From the NCBI GenBank assembly GCA_963833985.1, contig CAWIAD010000001.1, forward strand, positions 1,728,001 to 1,792,000: a DNA stretch of 64,000 nucleotides, written 5' to 3'. Numbering within the stretch: position 1 is the first letter of the stretch; every line of letters starts with the position of its first letter. The DNA comes from an uncultured Planctomycetaceae bacterium (lineage in GTDB: Bacteria; Planctomycetota; Planctomycetia; Isosphaerales; Isosphaeraceae). The position numbers were made by a program, and so were the translations under genes. This document shows positions 31,931 to 41,551 of this stretch, in pieces. A model generated the notes under the pieces. That model saw only the letters and a list, made by a program, of their open reading frames with translations, was not told the DNA's origin and made no database searches.

Positions 31931-32007
31931 GTGGGGTGGGTCAGCGCAGCGCAACCCACCGCAAGGGCTGGCGATCTGGTGGGTTGCGCTGCGCTGCCCC
32001 ACCGTAC
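31931..32007. repeat. REP-like palindromic doublet
   Basis: GGTGGGTCAGCGCAGCGCAACCCACC ... GGTGGGTTGCGCTGCGCTGCCCCACC. Confidence 0.75.
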
Positions 32008-32107
32008 CCGCTGAGATTCTTTCGGTTTTCCAGGTTTTTTTGGGGCGAAAAACGACCCAGCCCTGATCCTGGGGTATCAGCTTCCTCTGGATACGGAGTC
32101 CGAAGCC

Positions 32108-32690
32108 ATGAACCAGCCGCGCGACCCCAACGAGACCGTTGCCGCAGATTCTGATGCCAATGCCGATTCCGGAGCCGGAGCCGGAGCCAGCCAGACCGGC
32201 GCGGACGAGACAACAGATCCGTCCGTCGACCCCGGCCCCCTCGCGGCCGACTCGCTGGAGGTGGGACTGGCCGCCGCCTTCGGCATGAATTCGGGCCCGC
32301 CCCGCGCCAATTTCGGCAGTATGCGGTGGTTGCTGCTGAAGGATGCCGAAGGCGAGAGCGGCCTTGCGGTCAGGCCGAACTCCGACGCCGTGCCGACGAA
32401 GGAGGAAGCCGGCGACCGCTATCGCCTTGATGGCGAGATCGCCCGCGGGGGCATGGGGGCCGTGCTGCGCGGTCGCGATGTCGACCTCGGCCGCGACCTG
32501 GCCAAGGTACTGGCCAAGGGGGGTGTCCATGATGAGGAACGCGCCAGCCAGGCGCATCAAAAGCCGCGAGAAACGGTCACCCACACGGCGCGGAGCACGG
32601 GCTCTCACGGAACCTTTGGCACCGACACCGAGGCCGGGTCAGTCCTCGGCACGCCGACCTACATGCCGCCCGAGCAGGCCAGCGGAAAAG
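32108..32690 (+). pseudogene. Ser/Thr kinase 5' remnant with an internal deletion
   Basis: RYRLDGEIARGGMGAVLRGRDVDLGRDLA jumps to GSVLGTPTYMPPEQA; HRD and DFG regions missing. Confidence 0.85.
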
Positions 32691-33128
32691 CGGAAATAAC
32701 TACGGGGAGCCGTTACGCGGCGACAGGCCAGGTCGATCGACAAAGCTTTGGCAGGCAAAGCGTCATGAGCGCAGCGAGGAAGTTCACAGCATTGTTGGTA
32801 TCGCCATTATCTCTTTCACATGTTTGCTGATGATAGAATGGGGAAGGTTCCTTTGCAAGAAAAGGAGAGCAATCATGGTATCCGACGAGACAAGAGCGGT
32901 CATTGATCGTGCCAGGCGGCTCTACGCCGATCGGCTGCGGGCCGATCTGGAATCCCAGCACATGGGTCGGTTTGTTGCCAGCGAGCCAGAATCCGGCGAC
33001 TATTTCCTGGGGCAGACCTTCGATGAGGCCGTCATGTCTGCCAGGACCAAATGTCAGGCGACACTAAAACTGCCCCCCCTGACGACACTAAAACTGACCC
33101 CCTCCTATACACATGACGAGGAGGGGCT

Positions 33129-34469
33129 ATGGACAAGTTGGGATCCGATTTGGTCAACCTGCACAGTATGCAGGCGGACCAATCGGACGGAACGAGTGTC
33201 CACCTGCGGGCCACGCAGGAGGACAACAGGATGCTGGAACCGGAACTCGTGGATCGGATCCACGAACTGTCCGGCCAAGGTTTCGGGAGCAAACGGATTG
33301 CTCGTGAGTTGGGGATCTCCCGTAACTCGGTCCGCCGTTATCTCGCTGGAGCCACGGTCGGCTTTCAAGAACGTCCCGCGGCGCGTCGTCTCGACGACGG
33401 CACGCTTCGCGAAGTGCACGATCTCTACGGTACTCTTGCCGAGGGAAACGCCGTCGTCATTCAACAGGAGCTGGCCAGTCGGGGCATCCACGTCGAGTTG
33501 CGAACCTTGCAACGAGCCGTCGTTCCTCTGAGACAGGAACAGCGCGCTGAGGCTCTGGCCACAGTCCGGTTCGAGACCCCGCCGGGTCAACAAATGCAAA
33601 TCGATTTTGGTGAGAAGACCGTGCGGATCGCAGGTCAGCCCGTGAAGGTGCACTTGATGACCGCGGTCCTGGGGTACTCGCGCCGGATCTATTGCCGGGC
33701 ATTTCTCGCCGAACGGCAGGATGATTGGCTCGAGGGAATCGACGGGGCATTCCGACATTTTGGCGGTCTCACAGAACAGATCCTCTGTGACAACGCGTCA
33801 CCCTTGGTCGTCTCCCACGACCGCCAGTCCGGTGAGGTCGTGTGGAATCCAGGCTTCGAGGCCTTCTGCCGCGATCGTGGAGTTCTTGCCAAGGCGTGCC
33901 GTCCCCGCCGCGCGCGAACCAAAGGCAAGATCGAACGGGGCGTCGGCTACGTCAAGCATAATGCCCTGGCCGGTCGTTCATTCGTTTCCTTCGCTGAGCT
34001 GGAACGACACCTGGCAAGGTGGCAGGTTGACGTCGCCGACCAGCGGATTCATGGCACCACCAAGGAGCGTCCGGCTGTGCGCTTCGAGCGCGATGAACGA
34101 GAGGCTCTGGGGCCTCTGCCCACACGCCCTTTGCCGACGCGGACTCGTCGGTTGAAGCGTCGCGTGAGCACAGATTGCTTCGTTGATATCGATACAATTC
34201 GATATAGCGTGCCCTATCAGCATGTTCGAGAGACCGTCGAAGTGGTCGTCAAGGAGGAAGACGTCGAGATCTGGTTGCGTGGGACCTGCATCGCCAAACA
34301 CATGCGGAGCCGCGAGCCCCGCGCCTGGGTTCGCAATCCGATGCACTTCGAGGGACTGTTCCGCCGCATGAGCGGAGCACAGGCTTTGCCTCCTCCCACG
34401 CCGAGCGATAACTCCGGAACCCGCCCGTTGTCAATCTATGCCGAACTGGTGGAAGGAGGCCGCCTGTGA
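33129..34469 (+). CDS. istA: IS21 transposase IstA
   Basis: RFETPPGQQMQIDFG, CDNA, KGKIER. Confidence 0.95.
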   Translation: MDKLGSDLVNLHSMQADQSDGTSVHLRATQEDNRMLEPELVDRIHELSGQGFGSKRIARELGISRNSVRRYLAGATVGFQERPAARRLDDGTLREVHDLYGTLAEGNAVVIQQELASRGIHVELRTLQRAVVPLRQEQRAEALATVRFETPPGQQMQIDFGEKTVRIAGQPVKVHLMTAVLGYSRRIYCRAFLAERQDDWLEGIDGAFRHFGGLTEQILCDNASPLVVSHDRQSGEVVWNPGFEAFCRDRGVLAKACRPRRARTKGKIERGVGYVKHNALAGRSFVSFAELERHLARWQVDVADQRIHGTTKERPAVRFERDEREALGPLPTRPLPTRTRRLKRRVSTDCFVDIDTIRYSVPYQHVRETVEVVVKEEDVEIWLRGTCIAKHMRSREPRAWVRNPMHFEGLFRRMSGAQALPPPTPSDNSGTRPLSIYAELVEGGRL

Positions 34470-35332
34470 ACCTCCTTGTTGACCCTGATGACCCGCAAGA
34501 GGAGCGGATCCTCGCGGCGCTGAAGCGGCTTCAGTTGACTCACCTGCGTGAGTCTCTCCCCGCAGTTCTGTCCGAGGCGGCCAAGGGGAGCTGGACCTAC
34601 CTGGAGTTCCTCGATCAGATCCTGCGGCGCGAGATGGACGCCAAGCAGGGCAAGCGGATCCGGATGGGGATGCAGATCGCCCACTTCCCCTGTGTCCGGA
34701 CCATCGAGGCGTTTGATTTCGCGTTCCAACCGTCCGTCGACGAGCGGTTGATCCGGGAGCTGTCGACCGGCAATTTCATCGCTCATGGTGAGAACGTGTT
34801 GATATTCGGACCTCCTGGAGTAGGAAAGTCTCATCTGGCCATCGGCCTCGGCCGAAAAATCGTGGAGCAGGGTCACACGGTTCGATTCACGACAGCCACA
34901 GCGCTTTTAGCGGCCTTGGCGAAAGCCGAGACGGAAGGAGGGCTCTCTGAGAAATTGACCGAGTTCTGCAAGCCTCGCTTGTTGATCATCGACGAACTGG
35001 GCTACCTGCCCTTCGAGCGTCGGGCAGCGCACCTGTTCTTCCAGTTGGTCAACCGCCGATACGAGAAAGGGAGCCTGCTGGTCACGACGAACCAGCGGGT
35101 TTCCGAATGGGGAATCGTCTTCGGAGACGAAGTGCTGGCGACGGCCATCTTGGATCGGTTACTCCATCACAGCCACACACTTTTGATCACGGGAGAAAGC
35201 TATCGTCTGCGGGAGAAGCGTAAGAGCGGGTTGATCCGATCGCGGTTGGCGAACGCCGACCCGGAGAAGCCCCACCTGGGGCCGGAGGTGACGATCGAAA
35301 AGGGACACGAGAAGGCCAGCAAGAACCGATAA
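34466..35332 (+). CDS. istB: IS21 helper ATPase IstB
   Basis: GPPGVGKSHLA, IIDELGY, ILDRLLHH, GESYR. Confidence 0.95.
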   Translation: MNLLVDPDDPQEERILAALKRLQLTHLRESLPAVLSEAAKGSWTYLEFLDQILRREMDAKQGKRIRMGMQIAHFPCVRTIEAFDFAFQPSVDERLIRELSTGNFIAHGENVLIFGPPGVGKSHLAIGLGRKIVEQGHTVRFTTATALLAALAKAETEGGLSEKLTEFCKPRLLIIDELGYLPFERRAAHLFFQLVNRRYEKGSLLVTTNQRVSEWGIVFGDEVLATAILDRLLHHSHTLLITGESYRLREKRKSGLIRSRLANADPEKPHLGPEVTIEKGHEKASKNR

Positions 35333-35685
35333 CAAGGGAGCATGCTGGGAGTGGGGATCAGTACACGTCCGAGGGGGTCAGAATTAGTGTCGCCTGACAC
35401 CAAATACTCATCGCGTCTATCGTACACGCTCAGGATCGGACAGCGGGCCGCCTTCTCGATGGGAGGGCTGCAACGGTGAAGGGATTCGTAGACGACCAGT
35501 TGCGTGCCTTGCTTCGCGTTCCGGTGTCCGCGTCGCGCGACGGGACTCGTAGGGATCTCGTCGCGTGGATCGACACGGCATTCAATGGCGGATTAGCCGT
35601 ACCGCGAAAACAGATCGCCGAGCCAGGATTCGTGCAGGAGTCGTCCGCTGAGGCAGTTTTGGCAGACGGGCAATATGTTGAGCTA

Positions 35686-36859
35686 GTGTCCTGAGTTAGA
35701 AGTTCGCTCACAAACACTCGTCACTCGATCTAAGATCATATCAGCATCTGCCGTCCATACGAAAGGCTTGGGATTTACGTTGTGTTTTGCCAGGAATTCA
35801 TGGATCGCCTGTTCCAACGCCGCCACGCTCCGGAATACTCCACGGCGAATTCGCTTCTCGGTAATCTCCGCGAAGAATCGTTCAACCTGGTTCAGCCAAG
35901 AGCCGCTGGTGGGAGTGAAATGCAGATGATACTCGGGATGGCGAGCGAACCACCGCTTCACGGCTGGAGCTTTGTGTGTGCCGTAGTTGTCCATGACGAG
36001 GTGAATCTCGACGCCTGGTGCTTTGGCGATCTGGCTATCGATCTCGTTGAGGAATTTGAGGAATTCTTGTTGTCGATGGCGACGGTAGCATTTGCCAATC
36101 ACACGACCTGTCGCGACGTCCAAGGCGGCGAACAGCGAAGTCGTCCCATTGCGTACATAATCCGGAGTTCGCCTCTCCGCCTGGCCAGGCCCCATGGGAA
36201 GCAACGGCTGGGTACGGTCCAACGCTTGCACCTGGCTCTTCTCGTCGATGCTCAAGACGATAGCGCGCTCCGGCGGGCTCATATACAACCCGACGATGTC
36301 GCGGACCTTCTCGATGAAAAAGGGGTCCGTGGAAAGCTTGAACGTCTCGCTGCGGTGAGGCTTCAACTCGAACGCTCGCCAGATACGCGAGATCGCTGTC
36401 TGAGACAAGCCGACGGCTTCCGCCATGCCCCGAGTGCTCCAATGCGTGGCGGCCTTGGGTTTCTCCTCCAGAGTCTTGGTCACAACGGCCTCGACCATTG
36501 CGTCCGTGATTTTGCAGGGCGCCCCCGGCCTTGGCTCGTCGGACAGGCCGTCGAGACGATCGAGGAGGAAACGTTTCCGCCATTTCCCGACCGTCACGAC
36601 ATTCACCCGGAGCTGTGCGGCGACTTCCTGATTATCGAAACCTTGAGCGCAAGCCAAGATGATCCGCGAACGGAGGGCGAGACGCTGGCTGGTCTTGGGC
36701 CGGCGCGACCACGCTTCGAGTTTCTGGCGCTCGACATCATTCAAAGTGAGAGTAGCCTTGGGGCGACCACCTTTATTCATCATAAATCTCCTTTGAGAGA
36801 TTATATGATGATATAAATGATAAGTCAAGGTTATTTGGCGAAATTGTAACTCAGGACAC
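35686..36859 (-). mobile_element. IS630-family element, copy 2 (transposase 35683-36783)
   Basis: Near-identical to copy 1; same TIRs and CTAG target. Confidence 0.95.
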
Positions 36860-36862
36860 TAG

Positions 36863-38372
36863 TTCTACTGTATCCTGGGGTTGACGAACTGTAAGGTTTT
36901 TTCTGATATTCGCTTCCGTCAAGGATGTTACAAGGAAGCGAGGGCGTCATGGATCGACGATACGAAGCACGGTTGGCTGACATGCTGGCACAATCGCAGG
37001 TGTCGCCTGACTTGATCGATGGTCTGCTGGAACGGTTGGACGTCTTCATCGAGCCGTTCGCTGCGACCCTGAGCGAACCTGAACAACATCGACATGCAAC
37101 CGAGTACGTTACCGGTCTGCTGTCGAAGCTTGAGCACAAGACCGGCGAGGGAATCGCTTATCTCCACGATCAAGAACGACAAGGAATCCAAAAGTTCATC
37201 GGGCACGTGCCATGGGATCATCAACCCCTGCTCACGATCCTGGCGCAGCAGGTCGGCGAGCAACTGGGCGAGAAGGATGGGGTGATTATCTTCGACCCTT
37301 CGGGCTTCCCCAAGAAAGGGACTATGTCGGTGGGCGTCGCGCGGCAGTGGTGCGGCCGGCTGGGGAAGGTTGAGAACTGTCAGGTTGGCGTCTACATGGC
37401 TTATGCGTCTAGAAAAGAGCATACGATTACCAATGTAAGGCTTTACTTGCCCAAGGAATGGGCCAAGGATCGCGACCGCCGGAACAAGGCTGGCGTCCCC
37501 AAGTCCATCAAGTTCCAGACGCGCCATCAATTGGCCCTGGCGATGCTGGATGAGCAAGGTGGGTTGCTGCCACACGCGTGGGTGGCGGGGGACGATGAAA
37601 TGGGCCGTCCCGCGAGTTTTCGCCAGGCGTTGAGGGAGCGGGGGGAGCAGTATCTGTTGGCGGTTCCGTCGAACACGACGATCCGCGATCTGGAGGCACC
37701 GCCACCGGAATATGGGGGGCGGGGTCAACCCCCCAAGGCTCCTTTCATGCGTGTGGATCATTGGCGTGCGGCCCTGCCGGAATCGGCGTGGACGAGGCTC
37801 GACGTCCGTGATGGCGAGAAGGGACCTTTGGTGGTCGACGCGATCAAGCGGCGCGTCCAATCTCGAGGACCGGGCAATCGTGCAGGTTTCGAGGAGGTCC
37901 TCTTCATCACGCGTGAGCAACAGGCCGATGGAACTGTTAAACATGATTATTATTTATCAAATAGTAAAGCCGAAACTCCGTTGATCGAATTTGGCCGGGT
38001 GGCCAAACTGGCGCATCGGATCGAGGAGTGCCTGGAGCGGGGCAAAGGGGAGGCGGGCCTGGCCGATTACCAGGTGCGGAACTGGATCGCCTGGCATCAC
38101 CATCAAACCTTGTCGCTCGTGGCCGCGTGGTTCCTGAATCAGGAGACGCGGCGGGGAAAAAATACAGACACCGGCATTGACGTCACCGCGGTTGCGGCAA
38201 CTGATCGCAGGGATCATCGAGGAACGTCTCAACGTCAACAGCCCCGAGAAGCTCTCCCGGTGCACCACACGTTGGTTGGAACGCAACGAGCTCGCCCGAT
38301 TCTTCCAGCATTACTCACGCAAACTCTTACCCCCTTTGAAGAACCAACTACGAACGTAGAGATACAGTAGAA
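36863..38372 (+). mobile_element. IS701-family element (transposase about 36949-38370)
   Basis: TIR TTCTACTGTATC / GATACAGTAGAA flanked by CTAG; FPKKGTMSVGVARQWCGRLGKVENCQ. Confidence 0.93.
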
Positions 38373-38764
38373 CTAGAGACGTTTGGGTGTTTCTTCGATT
38401 GGTTCAGCAGTTCCTACGGGACGCAAGTCGTTGCCAGCGATGGGGAGTATCCACTGCCGGGAACGATGCTACTGGAGCGCCACCGCCTGGACATCGACTA
38501 CGAAGCGAAAACGGTTGAACTTACGTAGATATGCGGTACGAATATGGACGTAGTTTACCTTGCACTTTGCGGAATCGCGCTTCTCTCTGCGCCCCGCCAT
38601 AGGGCCGCCAAGCCGAAGCCTGATCCGAAAACGCGCACTCCATCCCCCTGGATGCGGAGTCCAGACCATGTGCAGTTCGACCCGCTCAGGAGCGTTCGGA
38701 AGGGAAAATAGGACACAGAAGGGAAAATTGGACATCGTTGATTCTTGATTCAGTGACGACCCCT

Positions 38765-38990
38765 TTTCCTTTTGCCAGCAAACCGCGCATGACCGCCGAG
38801 GACGAGCGGGTGGTCACGCTCTACGAATGGTGGAGCAAATCCGATAAGGCGACGAAGTGGCGGGCCAGGCTGGCAAAGTCCTTTGACGAGTCCATGCTGA
38901 ACCCTGAGACCGCGGGGCTGCCCCAAGCTTGAGCAGAAGGCGTGTCAGGTGCTCCGGGCGGAGGTCGACGCGCTACTGGGCAAGCCGTCG
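38765..38990 (+). pseudogene. Two fused 3'-end fragments of TPR Ser/Thr kinases
   Basis: ERVVTLYEWWSKSDKATKWRARL, then GLPQA/EQKACQVLRAEVDALL. Confidence 0.6.
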
Positions 38991-39079
38991 ATGAAGTCAG
39001 CCGGGTCAGCCTTCTCGGCAGTGCTGGATGGCCGTAGAATGGGCATTGTGCCGCAGTCCAAGCGTGGGGAGGATCCGCG

Positions 39080-39343
39080 ATGACCCGATCCCTGGAATTG
39101 CCCGAGGGTATCTACGATGCGGTGATCGCCGTGTGCCGCGCTCAGGGGGTCGAACCCGCTGAGTGGGTCGCTTCGCACTTGCCCCCTCCATCCCGGAGGC
39201 ACGGCTCCGAGGCTGAGCGGAAGGCGGCCCGGGAACTTCTGTCGGCCCGCACCTTCAGCCTCGGCTGCCCCGCGGGAACAGACAACGAGCAGATCGACGC
39301 GGATCTCGCCCGTGAATACGCGGATACCCACGAGCCGTCCTGA
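39080..39343 (+). CDS. Putative antitoxin
   Basis: RHH-like N-terminus, DNEQIDADLAREY tail; 1-bp overlap with the PIN gene. Confidence 0.75.
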   Translation: MTRSLELPEGIYDAVIAVCRAQGVEPAEWVASHLPPPSRRHGSEAERKAARELLSARTFSLGCPAGTDNEQIDADLAREYADTHEPS

Positions 39344-39741
39344 TGTTCCTCGACACATCAGGACTCTTCCGCCTGTTCCATCGCGCGGAGAACGGCCATG
39401 CCGAGGCCACCGAACTGTTCGATTCGGCCGACTGGGCGCTGACCCATAGTTACGTGCTGGCGGAGTTCGTGGCAATCGCCACCGCCCGAGGCGTACCACG
39501 CCGCGAGACGCTGGCGGCCATCGACGCCTTGCTGGCCATCGCGTACATCGAAGTCGTCTGGGTCGACGAAGCTCTGCATCGTCGGGCGATGGCCTTCCTT
39601 CATCAAAGGATCGACAAGACGTATTCGCTCGCCGACGCCGTCAGCTTTCTGCTCATGGAAGAGCGAGGAGTTCGCGAGGCATTGACGACCGACCACCACT
39701 TCAAGCAAGCCGGGTTCGTGCGGCTGCTGCGTCCCTCGTAA
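39343..39741 (+). CDS. vapC: PIN-domain VapC toxin
   Basis: MFLDTSG...YVLAE...SLADAVSF...LTTDHHFKQAGF. Confidence 0.9.
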   Translation: MFLDTSGLFRLFHRAENGHAEATELFDSADWALTHSYVLAEFVAIATARGVPRRETLAAIDALLAIAYIEVVWVDEALHRRAMAFLHQRIDKTYSLADAVSFLLMEERGVREALTTDHHFKQAGFVRLLRPS

Positions 39742-39754
39742 CGAAGTGAGACCT

Positions 39755-39875
39755 TGCCGGCATCCGCGACGCGGCCGCCCTGGCCAGGCCCCCGGCTGAC
39801 GAGCAGAAGAGGTTCACCCAACTCTGGTCCGACGTGGCGGAGTCGCTCAAGCAGGCGGAGGAGAAGTCGAAATAA
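39755..39875 (+). pseudogene. Kinase 3'-end fragment
   Basis: AGIRDAAALARPPADEQKRFTQLWSDVAESLK...*. Confidence 0.65.
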
Positions 39876-39945
39876 CCACGAGCGGCCGTCGAGCAGGGAT
39901 GCGCTGGCCGGGGTTGTTCTCTACTGCGGTCAGGGCGGTTTTCCC

Positions 39946-40374
39946 TCAATCCTCGGGAGGGTGCCAGCCAACGATGGCCCACAGTCGACAGGCCGTGACC
40001 AGCGAGGCTCGGTTCAAGTGAAGTGCCAGCACGGTCGCTCGCCCCGTCGGCGTGAGGCCGAGGATGCGGTCGGCTTCCGGAGACCATCGGAAATGCTCGG
40101 TCCAGATCTGGTGACGAGGATCAAAGAGACGAACCACGCTCTCCGTCTCCGGATCGAACGCCGCGATCCGGTCGCTCTTGTGATCGTTGCACAGCGAGCA
40201 GGCCAGCCAAAGGTTGTCTTCCTCAGTGAGTCCGCCATCTGCTTCGGGAAGCAGACGATCCACTTCCATCGGAGTACCGACGACCATCTCCGACGTGAGA
40301 CAGTAGCCGCGACGGTAGCGCGCCTGTGCCGCCACTCGCTCACGTAGCGCCTTCGGGACGTAGGTCCGACTCAT
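39946..40374 (-). CDS. HNH endonuclease, TA-like; some Cys/His residues substituted
   Basis: YRRGYC...EVDRLLP...GG...NLWLACSLCNDHK...LFDPR...HFRW...GRAT. Confidence 0.8.
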   Translation of the reverse strand: MSRTYVPKALRERVAAQARYRRGYCLTSEMVVGTPMEVDRLLPEADGGLTEEDNLWLACSLCNDHKSDRIAAFDPETESVVRLFDPRHQIWTEHFRWSPEADRILGLTPTGRATVLALHLNRASLVTACRLWAIVGWHPPED

Positions 40375-40782
40375 TGCTCGCCGAGCAGTGCCGAGACATC
40401 ATGTCCGCGCTGCTTGAGCAGGGCCGCCGCCTGCGCGCGGACCAGCATGAACCGTTCATACTGGCGAACGAGGGGTGGTAGCTCACGGGCTTCCTCGGCA
40501 TCCAGCCCTTCACGCTGGCGTTTCCGGTGCAATTCCTCGAGCCGATTCGCATCCTCGGGTGCCAGGTGAGCCCGCGCGGCTTGCCGCAAACTCCCGTCCT
40601 CCAGCACGGACAATTGCGACATGGCGTCCGCGAGGTCTTCCGGGATCTCGTCCGCCACGCGTACGAGAGTCACCAGGAGATCGATCGTCTCGTCCTCGAC
40701 CGTCCGGTTGCTACGCTCGGCGCGGTCTCTCGGGCGGTCATAAAGGGGCCCCGGCACTTTCAGGGTCAACGTTCGCATCGCC
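40371..40782 (-). CDS. Putative antitoxin partner of the HNH gene
   Basis: Arc-like N-terminus; RAQAAALLKQRGHD tail; ATGA overlap with the HNH gene. Confidence 0.7.
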
Positions 40783-40894
40783 ATCTCTCCTCCACCCCAT
40801 GAATCTAGCATGCCGAGGGGGCTTTGAACACGCCGGCGTGCCGCCGACCATGCGCCTCGTTCTTCTGGACAAACCTTACCTGGCCTTCCCGCTG

Positions 40895-40999
40895 AACACA
40901 GCCGCCGCCCTGGCCAAGCTCCCCGGGGTCGAACGGAAGGAGCGGCAGACGCTCTGGGCGGAGGTCGATGCGCTTCTCCAGAGATCTGCCAAACCGTAA
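40895..40999 (+). pseudogene. Kinase 3'-end fragment
   Basis: AAALAKLPGVERKERQTLWAEVDALLQRSAKP*. Confidence 0.65.
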
Positions 41000-41066
41000 T
41001 AACCGATGGTCAGGAGACCGCCCGGGGAGTGGGCCGTCCCCGCGAGATCGAAAGCGAGGTCGGAAC

Positions 41067-41321
41067 ATGGCAACTGTGAAGAAGGAAATCCAAGGTCGCA
41101 TCCAGGGGCGAACGGTGAAGCTGGAGGAAGATCCGGGGCTGCCGGATAGCTCTTCGGTCCGCGTGATCCCGGAGTCCCGCCCTCCGTCGGACGAGGCGGG
41201 CCGCGCCGCCCTTCTCCGCGCCGCAGGGGCCTGGGCCGGGGATGACGAGGACGGGCTCGAGCAATACCTCGAATGGAACCGGCAACAACGCAAAGCCAAC
41301 CGGCCCGAGATCGAAGAGTGA
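41067..41321 (+). CDS. Putative antitoxin
   Basis: IQGRIQGRTVKLEEDPGLPD...VRV...AGAWA. Confidence 0.65.
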   Translation: MATVKKEIQGRIQGRTVKLEEDPGLPDSSSVRVIPESRPPSDEAGRAALLRAAGAWAGDDEDGLEQYLEWNRQQRKANRPEIEE

Positions 41322-41447
41322 TTTCTCCTCGATGCCGACATCGCCTCCGCCTACTTGTAGAATCATCCCAGCGTGGCCACGCGTCTGACGATGCATCATG
41401 GGAGCCTTCACATTTCGGCCGTGACCGCGGGGGAATTGCCGGCGTGA
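41318..41447 (+). pseudogene. vapC: Truncated VapC/PIN toxin
   Basis: FLLDADIASAYL*NHPSV...ISAVTAGEL. Confidence 0.65.
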
Positions 41448-41460
41448 GCCGGACGAGCCA

Positions 41461-41523
41461 AGGTCAGATGCGGCCGCTCACACGCCGGGATCTCGACGCG
41501 TGGGTGGCCCCGATTGTCCCACC
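41461..41523 (+). repeat. About 60-bp imperfect direct repeat of 28328-28388
   Basis: AGGTCAGA...CCGGGATMTCGACGCGTGGGTGGCYCCGATTGTCCC. Confidence 0.75.
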
Positions 41524-41551
41524 GTCTCCTGGGCTGTTTGCGAGCCCCGTG

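Larger units (their letters stand above)
33052..35399 (+). mobile_element. IS21-family element
   Basis: TGTCAGGCGACACTAA.../...TTAGTGTCGCCTGACA ends with reiterated subterminal repeats; 5-bp duplication CCAAA. Confidence 0.95.
32875..35479 (+). pseudogene. Small protein partnering the aspartic protease, split by IS21
   Basis: MVSDETRAVIDRARRLY...ARTK|YSSRLSYTLRIG...GGLQR*; frame is restored on IS removal. Confidence 0.75.
35476..38528 (+). pseudogene. Clan AA (retropepsin-like) aspartic protease split by IS630 + IS701
   Basis: AWIDTAFNG...LADGQYVEL|ETFGCFFDW...GTMLL...IDY...*; in frame across the CTAG. Confidence 0.8.

Noticed and set aside
38765..41447. Integron cassette array
   Set aside because: No IntI and no attC-like palindromes; the spacers are protein-coding fragments and one module is inverted.
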